A stretch of 64,000 nucleotides of DNA, taken from positions 4,730-68,729 of the forward strand of contig JBHEMS010000014.1 of assembly GCA_046262455.1 (NCBI GenBank). The letters run 5' to 3'. The notes beneath the pieces were generated by a model. It had not been told where the DNA came from. It did not search any database and saw nothing but the letters and a program-made list of their open reading frames with translations. Shown in pieces: positions 50,993 through 58,889 of the stretch; position 1 is the stretch's first letter, and each line of letters opens with the position of its first letter. The DNA comes from Candidatus Dormibacteria bacterium. Its GTDB lineage: Bacteria > Chloroflexota > Dormibacteria > DASZGP01. Made by a program: the position numbers and the translations under genes.

Positions 50993-52174
50993 CTAGTCGA
51001 GGTCCTCGTGCGGGAGGTTGGGGTCGATCGTGGCCGCCACCAATTCCCCGATCTCGCCGCTGGAGTCCTTGCTGGCCACTTTCTCAGCACGGCCGCGCAT
51101 CCGGTCGAACGCATTGCGGTCGTTGATCATTTGCTCGCGCACCGCCTTGACCAACTTGCGGGGGCTGGGCGTGAAGAACCCCACCCCCTGCTCCTCGACG
51201 AAGCGTACGTTGCCCTCCTCCTGGCCGGGGACGAATCCGGTGAGGAAGATCGGCAGCCCGCTGACCAGGGCCTCGGTGATGGTGCCCGGCCCGGCCTTGG
51301 TGACGATTGCGTCGGCGGCGCGCATCAACTCCGGCATGTTGTCGACATAACCCAGGACGTGCACCCTGCCCTTCCACTTTCGCTTCTGGAGCCGGTGCTG
51401 CTCCTTGGCGTTGCGGCCGCAGACCACCACCAGTTGCAGTCCCAGGCCCGCGTTGTCGAGGGACTTCGCAAACGCCCCCAGGCGCCCGGCGCCCTCGCCA
51501 CCGGCGGCCATCAGGAGGGTCGCGTCGTCGGGGTCAAAGCTCAGGCGGCCGCGCGCCTCGCGACGTTCCTCGCGGGTGGCCGGGCCGGTGAAGTTGGGGT
51601 TGACGGGTAACCCCTCGACGTGGACCTTGCGCGGGTCCAGGCCGCGCTTGATGCAGTAGCGGCGAGCCTCGGTGGACGGGACGACCACCAGGTCGGCCCG
51701 GCGCGTCAGCCAGAACCTGTGCAGGTCGACCATGTCGGTTACCACGGTGATGAACGGGATGGTCATCGCCAGCTCGTCCAGCACCTCAATGGTGACGTGG
51801 TTGGTCAGCGGGTGGAACGACACGATGCCGTCGGGTCGCATCTCTTGGATGTGCATCCGCAGGCCGGGACGAACCTGCCGGCCGAAGATGCGGATCGCCA
51901 ACCGCATGACGGCGCGGTTGTTGGTGGCATGGAAGAGGAAGCCGTAGGTGCGCGGCAGGTGCTTGAGCATGAAGTTGTAGCGGTACACGATCCAGCCCAG
52001 CAGCGGCCCGCCCCCCTGGACGAAGGGGTCGAGCAGCTGGACGTCGAAATGGCCGGGGTACTGGAGTTCCAGCGCGCGGGCCACCGCACTGGCGGAGGCG
52101 CGGTGGCCGCCGCCGGTGTCAGAGAAGAGGAACAGGATCCGGGGCCGCACTTCGGTGCGTAGGATACCTAGCAT
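50993..52174 (-). CDS. MGDG-synthase-like (GT28, UgtP-type) glycolipid glycosyltransferase
   Basis: RILFLFSDTGGGHRASASAVARAL is the MGDG_synth N-terminal signature, and the C-terminus has TKAGPGTITEALVSGLPIFL. The start was chosen at Met 52174; GTG about 27 nt downstream is an alternative. Confidence 0.8.
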   Translation of the reverse strand: MLGILRTEVRPRILFLFSDTGGGHRASASAVARALELQYPGHFDVQLLDPFVQGGGPLLGWIVYRYNFMLKHLPRTYGFLFHATNNRAVMRLAIRIFGRQVRPGLRMHIQEMRPDGIVSFHPLTNHVTIEVLDELAMTIPFITVVTDMVDLHRFWLTRRADLVVVPSTEARRYCIKRGLDPRKVHVEGLPVNPNFTGPATREERREARGRLSFDPDDATLLMAAGGEGAGRLGAFAKSLDNAGLGLQLVVVCGRNAKEQHRLQKRKWKGRVHVLGYVDNMPELMRAADAIVTKAGPGTITEALVSGLPIFLTGFVPGQEEGNVRFVEEQGVGFFTPSPRKLVKAVREQMINDRNAFDRMRGRAEKVASKDSSGEIGELVAATIDPNLPHEDLD

Positions 52175-53225
52175 GAGTTCCGCGGCCGGACCGCTGAGCG
52201 CCGGCCGCCGCCTGGGCGTGGGTGAAATCACCGTCCAGGTGCACAGCGAGGCGTCGGGCTTCGACGACCTCCGGGCCGCGTGGGAAGACCTCGAGACGCG
52301 TTCGGCGGAAGACAACATCTTCATGACCCATCACTGGCAGCACTCCTGGTGGCGCGAGCTTGGCGCCCCCGGCATGGAGCTCCACCTGATGGCCTTCCGT
52401 CACGGCGACAGGCTGGTCGGGCTGGGTTCTGCGTACACCGAGCGGGCGGGCGGTTTCCCGGTGCTGCGCTTCGGGGGTGGCCTGGAAGTCACCGACTACA
52501 CCGGGTTTTTGGTCGAGGGCGGCTACCAGGAGGCCGTCGGGCGCGCGTTCCTGGAGCACTGCCTGGAGTCACCGGCGCTGGTGCTCGACCTGCATTTTCT
52601 GCGCGCCGACGGCGTCACGCTGGCCGCCCTGACGCAGGCCGCCCGCGACATGGACCGCCGCTACAACATCGAGAAGGAGGAGGTCAGCCCGCGCATCCTG
52701 CTCCCCGGGGACTTTGAGGCCTACCTCGGCAGCCTCAACAAAAAGGACCGTCACGAGCTCCGGCGCAAGCGGCGCCGTTTGGAAGAGGCCGGTGGCTGGA
52801 CCGTGCATGACTCCACCGACGAGACTGTCGAAGCCGACCTCGACACGTTCTTTCAACTGCACGCCGCCAGCACGCGGGCCAAGGCCGACTTCCTGACGCC
52901 CGATATCCAGCGCTTCTTCAGGCATATCTGCCACCACCTTTTGGAAGAAGGTTGGCTTTCGCTGAGGCTGCTCATTCACCAGGGTCGCGCGGTGGCCGCC
53001 GTGCTCGGCTTCGTCTACCGCGACAAGCTGCTGCTGTACAACTCGGGCTACGAGCCCGGCATGCTCAGCCTGAGCCCGGGGCTGGTCCTCATGAGTGAGG
53101 AGATCCGCCTGGCGATGGAGGCGGGACTCAGCGAGGTCGACTTCCTCCGCGGGGACGAGAAGTACAAGTACGACCTGGGCGCCACCGATGTCGACCTGGT
53201 CCACCTGACGGTCGAACTGGCCTAA
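52173..53225 (+). CDS. GNAT-fold acetyltransferase (CelD/BcsL / FemAB-like, Acetyltransf_6)
   Basis: It has a FemAB-like size. WQHSWWRELG...LSLNKKDRHELRRKRRRLEE...LLLYNSGYEP...VDFLRGDEKYKYDLGA matches CelD-family conserved blocks. Confidence 0.7.
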   Translation: MSSAAGPLSAGRRLGVGEITVQVHSEASGFDDLRAAWEDLETRSAEDNIFMTHHWQHSWWRELGAPGMELHLMAFRHGDRLVGLGSAYTERAGGFPVLRFGGGLEVTDYTGFLVEGGYQEAVGRAFLEHCLESPALVLDLHFLRADGVTLAALTQAARDMDRRYNIEKEEVSPRILLPGDFEAYLGSLNKKDRHELRRKRRRLEEAGGWTVHDSTDETVEADLDTFFQLHAASTRAKADFLTPDIQRFFRHICHHLLEEGWLSLRLLIHQGRAVAAVLGFVYRDKLLLYNSGYEPGMLSLSPGLVLMSEEIRLAMEAGLSEVDFLRGDEKYKYDLGATDVDLVHLTVELA

Positions 53226-53286
53226 CCCTCCGGGGACGCGCGCCCTGCTGGCATAAGTCCCCCGCGGGTAGTGTTTTGACCAGGGT

Positions 53287-54579
53287 ATGAGCGAATTCCG
53301 GGGAGTCGAGCCGAGGACCATTGCGGTGATCGCCGCGCATTCCTGCCCGTACAGCGAGGTGGGTGGCGCGGAGAACGGCGGCATGTCGGTCTACATCCGC
53401 TCGGTGACCGAGGCCCTGGCGCGCCGCGGCCTGCGAAGCGTGATCTTCACGCGCAAGGAGTACGCCGCGGCCCCCAGTGACCTCGACGTGCCCGACGGGT
53501 GCCACCTGGTCCACGTCAGTGCAGGGCCGGAGACCGTGCTCGACAAGGCGGGCCTCTTCTACCACCTGCCGGAGTTCGCGGCCGCCGTCAAGCAGTGGAC
53601 GCGGGACAACGGCGTCGACTTCGACCTGGTCCACAGCCATTACTGGCTGAGCGGTTGGGTGGGGCGGAGGCTCAGTCAGTCCTGGGGCGTGCCGTGGTTG
53701 CACATGGCTCACACCCTGGGCCGCGTCAAGGACCGCGACAGACCGGAGGGTGCCAACCGCGAGAGCGACCAGCGGATCGCGGTGGAATTGGAGATCGCCC
53801 GCAGCTGCAACCGCCTGGTGGCCCCAACCGCCAGGGAGATTGACGACCTCGCCTACCTCTATGGCGCGGACCGCGGGTGTATCGATGAGGTTCCGCTGGG
53901 CGTCGACCTCGAGCGCTTTCACCCCACCGACCCGGCCGCCCTGCGTGCTCGCCTCGGGCTGGCCGCGGGCGAGCAGGTCATCCTGTTCACCGGCCGGCTG
54001 GAGCGCCTGAAGGGCGTCGAGACCGTCATCCGCGCCCTGCCGCTGTTGCCCCGCGAGGCGGCGCCGCGCCGCCTGCTGATCGCGGGGGCGGACAGCGGCA
54101 ACGGCGTGCATGAGGCCGGCGCTTTCTCCAGCGAGCGCGACCGCCTGGAGTCCCTGGCACGGGAGCTGGGCGTCGGCGCGGAGGTGACGTTCCTGGGCGC
54201 CGTGGACCACCAGGATCTCCCGCAGTACTACAGCCTGGCCGACGTCTGCGCGGTGCCGTCGTACAGCGAGTCCTTCGGGCTGGTCGCCCTCGAGGCGCAG
54301 GCCTGCGGCACCCCGGTCGTGGCCTCGCGCGTCGGCGGCCTCGCCCAGGTCGTTGAGGACGGCCGGACCGGCTTCACCATCCGGGACCACGACCCCGCGG
54401 TCTACGCCGAGCGTCTTGGGCTTCTGTTAGCGGATGACGAGCTCCGCGCGAGCATGGGCGCGGCCGCGATCCAGCTGGCCCACGGTTACACGTGGGAGGC
54501 CACCGCGAGCCTTCTGGAGGCGGTCTACCGCTCCACCGTGCAGAGCTATGGCGACGCCCTGGGGTCCCTGCTGGGCTGA
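53287..54579 (+). CDS. GT4 retaining glycosyltransferase, MshA-like (D-inositol-3-phosphate glycosyltransferase family)
   Basis: GGAENGGMSVYIRSVTEALARRG...VHSHYWLSGWVG...HMAHTLGRVK...PSYSESFGLVALEAQACGTPVVAS closely parallels mycobacterial MshA blocks. Confidence 0.78.
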   Translation: MSEFRGVEPRTIAVIAAHSCPYSEVGGAENGGMSVYIRSVTEALARRGLRSVIFTRKEYAAAPSDLDVPDGCHLVHVSAGPETVLDKAGLFYHLPEFAAAVKQWTRDNGVDFDLVHSHYWLSGWVGRRLSQSWGVPWLHMAHTLGRVKDRDRPEGANRESDQRIAVELEIARSCNRLVAPTAREIDDLAYLYGADRGCIDEVPLGVDLERFHPTDPAALRARLGLAAGEQVILFTGRLERLKGVETVIRALPLLPREAAPRRLLIAGADSGNGVHEAGAFSSERDRLESLARELGVGAEVTFLGAVDHQDLPQYYSLADVCAVPSYSESFGLVALEAQACGTPVVASRVGGLAQVVEDGRTGFTIRDHDPAVYAERLGLLLADDELRASMGAAAIQLAHGYTWEATASLLEAVYRSTVQSYGDALGSLLG

Positions 54580-54606
54580 ACCGACCCGGCTGGTACGCTC
54601 GGACCG

Positions 54607-55338
54607 ATGCGCCCGCCGACCGCGATCTGCTTCGACATGGGGTACACGCTGCTGGAGCATGTGCCAACCGGTCCAGAGCTGTACCGACGGGCACTGAGCT
54701 CGCTGGGGCACGACTTCGAGCTGTCGCTGGTCGAAGCGGCCCACGGCCCGGCCCGCGAACTCTACGTCCGGGCCACCCGGGAGGGAAGGGACTTCGAGTC
54801 CTCGATGGAGATGGCCCGGGAGTTCTGGACGGAGTACAACCTGCTGGTGCTCGGCGGCCTCGGGATCGAGGGTGAGAGGCTGACCGAGCTGGTCGAGGCC
54901 GTGTACACCCGGGCGTGGAGCCCGGATGCCTGGCAGCCATTCCCCGATGCGCTCCCCACGCTCGACGAACTCCGGCGGATGGGCATACGCATGGCCATCG
55001 TCTCCAACTTCGTCGACACCCTGCCCGAGGTTTGCCGGAGCCACGGCCTGACCGAGTACTTCGAGGTCATCGTTGCCTCCGTGGATGCGGGCGCCATGAA
55101 ACCCGACAAGCGGATCTGGGACGTGGCGCTGCGTCGCATGGGCGTCGACCCCGGGAGTGCGTGGCACGTCGGCGACAACTACTGGGCCGACGTCATGGGT
55201 GCGCGGGCGGCCGGGATTCACCCGGTATTCCTGGACCGTGGCGGCATCCTGCCCCGTGCCGATTGTGCGCACATCTCGAACCTCGACGAACTGCTGGTCA
55301 TGCTCCGCGCGGTGGAGGGCGCAGAGGAGGCGGCGTGA
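54607..55338 (+). CDS. HAD-superfamily (subfamily IA) phosphatase/hydrolase
   Basis: ICFDMGYTLL (motif I DxG/DxT variant), IVSNF (motif II) and KPDKRIW...HVGDNYWADVMGARAAG (motifs III/IV). Confidence 0.83.
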   Translation: MRPPTAICFDMGYTLLEHVPTGPELYRRALSSLGHDFELSLVEAAHGPARELYVRATREGRDFESSMEMAREFWTEYNLLVLGGLGIEGERLTELVEAVYTRAWSPDAWQPFPDALPTLDELRRMGIRMAIVSNFVDTLPEVCRSHGLTEYFEVIVASVDAGAMKPDKRIWDVALRRMGVDPGSAWHVGDNYWADVMGARAAGIHPVFLDRGGILPRADCAHISNLDELLVMLRAVEGAEEAA

Positions 55339-56249
55339 CACCCGCCACCCCGGAGTCCGCCACCGGGTCGCTACCCGAGGCTCTCAGCGAATTCATCAAG
55401 GCCAACTCCGGCCGCGGGCTCGACGCCGTCGCCCTGCGCATCGTCGATGCCGGGGGAGGGCCGGTGATCACCGGCCAGGTGCTCACCCGGAGGCAGGGCA
55501 CCGACGTCGAGAGGCTCGCCCGGTCCCACGGGGCCCAGCTCGACATACGCGTGGTCGCCGACCCCCACGCCGGGCTTGAGGACGGCTGGTGCGACATCGC
55601 CGTCGACGTGCTCGACCTGTGGCGAGTGCCCGAGCGCGCCGGGGAGGAGATGGGACGGCAGACGCAGTACATGGCCGCCGACGGCCCGCTGCGCCGGCTC
55701 GGCCGGGTTGGACAGTGGGTGCTGGTCCAGGGCCCCGACCTGGCAATGGGCTGGGCGGCCGCCGCCGACCTGCGGGACGCCGCGCCGCGCTCCGGCAACC
55801 CCTGGGCCGAGATTTCGCGTGCGGTCGAGGGGGAGGCGTGCGGGCCGGCCGGCGGGCAGGACGGCGCGACGGCGGAGGCCCTGGTGCAGCGGGCCCGCGC
55901 CGAGCTCGAGGTGGCGTATGTGTGGGGCGGGACCACGCACGCCGGCTTTGACTGCTCGGGTCTGATGCTGCGGATGTTCCACGATGTGACCGGCGTGCTC
56001 CTGCCCCGCCACACAGGAGACCAGCGCCGGGTGGGCCGCCGGGTGGTCGCCGGCGAGGTCGCCACCGGCGACCTGCTCTTCGCCACGCCTCGCGGCCAGA
56101 AGATCGGCCACGTCCTCCTGGTGACCTCGGCGCACGCCGTTCTCCATGCCTGTCGCACCGAGCAGCGGGTCATCGAGGAGAGCTTCGAAGACAACGCCGC
56201 GCGCTACCAGCCCCAGGGGTGGCGGCGGCCGGTTAGCCTGTCGCGATGA
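55335..56249 (+). CDS. NlpC/P60 (C40) family peptidase with an uncharacterised N-terminal region of about 190 aa
   Basis: YVWGGTTHAGFDCSGLMLRMF carries the catalytic Cys, followed by GDLLF...GHVLLV (His). The GTG start overlaps the HAD stop (GTGA). Confidence 0.8.
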   Translation: MTPATPESATGSLPEALSEFIKANSGRGLDAVALRIVDAGGGPVITGQVLTRRQGTDVERLARSHGAQLDIRVVADPHAGLEDGWCDIAVDVLDLWRVPERAGEEMGRQTQYMAADGPLRRLGRVGQWVLVQGPDLAMGWAAAADLRDAAPRSGNPWAEISRAVEGEACGPAGGQDGATAEALVQRARAELEVAYVWGGTTHAGFDCSGLMLRMFHDVTGVLLPRHTGDQRRVGRRVVAGEVATGDLLFATPRGQKIGHVLLVTSAHAVLHACRTEQRVIEESFEDNAARYQPQGWRRPVSLSR

Positions 56250-57829
56250 CACCGGCGGCCGGCGACACCCTGAACATCGGGGATCGCATCGACTCCTGGG
56301 CGGACCTCTTCGCGCTGCGCGAGGCTGCCGTACACGTGGTGGGCGCCGGGAGCGTGGAGGGCGCGCATCTGCTGCTCTTCCTGGCCGCCCATGGCTTCAC
56401 GCGGCTAGTGGGCCACGACTTCAGCACCCCGGGGGCGTTCCCGCGCGCGTTCAAGCGGGTGCACGTGGGCTGGCGGATGGAGCAGCGGCAGGAGATGCTC
56501 GACCGACTCCTGTCAGCGGTGGACATGCGCTATCGCGACCGGTACCTCGAGGGTGTCGACGACGCGGACGCCATCGCCGTCACCCAGGGTTGGTACCTCT
56601 ACGACAACAACCGCCGCCTCGCCGAGAGCGACGACCTGCAGCGTCGCTTCTTCAGCCTGGTCCAGCTGTACCTCGGGCTGGCCCCGGGCCCCGTGATCGG
56701 TGTGACCGGCAGCCAGGGCAAGTCGACGACCACCCGGTTGCTGCGCGACATCCTGGTTGGGGCCGGGCGTCAGGTCATCTACGCCGGCAATGACCGCCAC
56801 GGGCAGCAGGCGCTCGACCTGCTGGAGAAGGCAGGCGGCCAGACGCACCTTGTGCTGGAGATCAGCAACCGCCATCTCAAGATGCTGCACCGCAGCCCGG
56901 GAGTGGCCGTGGTGACCAACGTCTACGCCAACCACCTCGAGGAGCACGGCGGCTGGGACGGATATGTCGCGGCCAAGGCCAACCTCGTTCGCTACCAACG
57001 GGAGGGTGATATCGCGATACTCAACGCCGACCTGCCGGTGACCCGGGAGATGGCCGCGCTGACCCCGGCCCGGACGTATTGGTTCGGCGAGTCGGTGGCG
57101 GATGCCACCGGAGGGCGCGATTCCTCGGCGGCCGCCGGCGCCCTGGAGGTGGGCGCCTCGAAGATCACCGGCGTCGCTGCCGAGGGCTTGCCCGGAGCTG
57201 AGCAGTTCGCCGCCTTCGAGCTGCGGCTGGCGGAGATCCCGGTTGCCGGGCGGCACAACGCCCTCAACGTCGCGGCGGCGGCGGCGGCCGCCCTGGCGAT
57301 GGGGGTTGGGCGGGGCAATGTCTACGACGCGGTGCGCAAGTTCAAGGGGCTGAAGCACCGCATCCAGTTCATCTGGTCGAGTGATGGCGTCAAGTACTAC
57401 GACGACCTCAACAGCACCACTCCCACGGCGACAGAGGTCGCGTTACGCACGCTGGAGGGCGAGGTGATCTGGATCTTCGGCGGTGAGGACAAGGGACTCG
57501 ACAGCACCGCCCTTGCAGACACCGCCAGCCGGCGGGTGCGGTGCGCCCTGGCGCTGCCGGGAGGGGGCACCGAGGCGATTGTCCGCAACCTCGTGGCAAA
57601 AGGGGTTGACGTCGAGCGTGTCGACGATTTCAGCGCGGCGGTGCGCCGGGCGGTTGAGCTGGCCACGCCCGGCGACGCGGTCCTGCTGTCCCCGGCCTGC
57701 CCGGGATTCTTCACGCTTTACTACGTTGGGGTGGACGAGGACACCGGCTTCAAAAAGCAGGTCCGGGAGGCGACCCTCCCTATTTCTCCTCCTGCTCGTA
57801 AACCTCGAAAGTCAGGGGATCCTGGCTGA
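56246..57829 (+). CDS. Mur ligase family protein, MurD-like, outside any dcw context
   Basis: VIGVTGSQGKSTTT (P-loop), GRHNALNVAAAAAAALAMGV, FKGLKHRIQF and LSPACPGF. The N-terminal Rossmann-like region carries insertions. The ATG overlaps the upstream stop (ATGA). Confidence 0.78.
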   Translation: MTPAAGDTLNIGDRIDSWADLFALREAAVHVVGAGSVEGAHLLLFLAAHGFTRLVGHDFSTPGAFPRAFKRVHVGWRMEQRQEMLDRLLSAVDMRYRDRYLEGVDDADAIAVTQGWYLYDNNRRLAESDDLQRRFFSLVQLYLGLAPGPVIGVTGSQGKSTTTRLLRDILVGAGRQVIYAGNDRHGQQALDLLEKAGGQTHLVLEISNRHLKMLHRSPGVAVVTNVYANHLEEHGGWDGYVAAKANLVRYQREGDIAILNADLPVTREMAALTPARTYWFGESVADATGGRDSSAAAGALEVGASKITGVAAEGLPGAEQFAAFELRLAEIPVAGRHNALNVAAAAAAALAMGVGRGNVYDAVRKFKGLKHRIQFIWSSDGVKYYDDLNSTTPTATEVALRTLEGEVIWIFGGEDKGLDSTALADTASRRVRCALALPGGGTEAIVRNLVAKGVDVERVDDFSAAVRRAVELATPGDAVLLSPACPGFFTLYYVGVDEDTGFKKQVREATLPISPPARKPRKSGDPG

Positions 57830-57929
57830 TCACCTCGAGGTCAGCGCCACAGCCCTCGCACACGATGATCTCGCCCAACTGGGGTTGCTCATCGGGGACC
57901 TCGGCATTGCAATCGGGACAGACTGCCAT
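57780..57929 (-). CDS. LysW-like zinc-ribbon amino-group carrier protein (49 aa)
   Basis: MAVCPDCNAEVPDEQPQLGEIIVCEGCGADLEVISQDPLTFEVYEQEEK aligns along its length with Thermus LysW (MVGTCPECGAEL...LGELVVCEDCGAELEV...EDWGE). The start is Met at 57929. The 3' end overlaps the MurD-like gene by 50 nt. Confidence 0.78.
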   Translation of the reverse strand: MAVCPDCNAEVPDEQPQLGEIIVCEGCGADLEVISQDPLTFEVYEQEEK

Positions 57930-57947
57930 GACGACGATTTTAGATCG

Positions 57948-58889
57948 ATGAGCGCGACATCCACAGGACAAACGCCGCTCGAGGACGCCGGCACCCTGGC
58001 GTCGTGGGCCGGCCTGGACCGACTCTGGCTCAAACGCGAAGACCTCAACCCCACCGGTTCGCACAAGGACCGTGGCGCTGAGCGCCAGGTGGCCGCCTGT
58101 CTGCAGCGGGGACAGCGGGTAGCCGTGATCTCCTCGTCCGGCAACGCCGCCCTGGCCGCGGCTGCCCAGAGCTCGGCCCGCGGCGTCACGCTCGTGGCCC
58201 TCCTCTCACCGCTGACCGAGCCCGCCAAGGTGGCCGCGATCCGTGCCGCCGGCGCGCGTGTCGTGGTGACAACCAAGCCGATCAACTTCACCATCCGCCT
58301 GCAGCGCGTCTGTGGATGGCCTGACCTGCGACCGTCGCAGTCGCCGGAGGCACTGGCGGGTTTTGCGGGGCTCGGTACCGAGCTTGCCGCGCAGCTGCCG
58401 GATGGCACAAGCCTCATCGGGTATGCCAGCAGCGGGACCACCTTCCAGGCCGTCGGCGGGGCCTTGCGGGATGCCGGGCGGCGGCTCCCCCTCCACCCCG
58501 TGCAGGGCGGGCTGGTCAACGGCCTGAGCCGGGAGTTCGGGCGCGCGGGGGACGGCCGGCGCAGCATGGTGGGCGACCTCGGGGTGAAGGTTACGGCGCG
58601 GGCCGCGGAGGTCCTTGCGCTGGTGCGGGACAGTGGTGGCCAGGCGTGGTGGGTTGATGACGGCGCCATCGTCGAGGCCAGGGACGCGCTCACCGCCGCG
58701 GGGCACGCGGTGGCCCCGGAGTGCTGGGCCGCGCTGGCCGGGCTTCGCCTCGCCGCGCGTGAGGCGGGCATCCGCGAGGCCTGCCTGCTGCTGACCGGGA
58801 GGGCGCTGCCGCCTGGCGAGCACGACGTACTGCCGCCGCCCCTTGAGACGTTCGCGGACGTGGTGGACAGCCTGGCGGATCTGCGCTGA
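57948..58889 (+). CDS. fold-type II PLP-dependent enzyme (ThrC/CysK-like)
   Basis: LWLKREDLNPTGSHKDRG contains the PLP lysine, followed by ISSSGNAALAAA and SGTTFQAVG (Gly-rich phosphate loop). The start is Met at 57948, 18 nt from the lysW-like start. Confidence 0.8.
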   Translation: MSATSTGQTPLEDAGTLASWAGLDRLWLKREDLNPTGSHKDRGAERQVAACLQRGQRVAVISSSGNAALAAAAQSSARGVTLVALLSPLTEPAKVAAIRAAGARVVVTTKPINFTIRLQRVCGWPDLRPSQSPEALAGFAGLGTELAAQLPDGTSLIGYASSGTTFQAVGGALRDAGRRLPLHPVQGGLVNGLSREFGRAGDGRRSMVGDLGVKVTARAAEVLALVRDSGGQAWWVDDGAIVEARDALTAAGHAVAPECWAALAGLRLAAREAGIREACLLLTGRALPPGEHDVLPPPLETFADVVDSLADLR

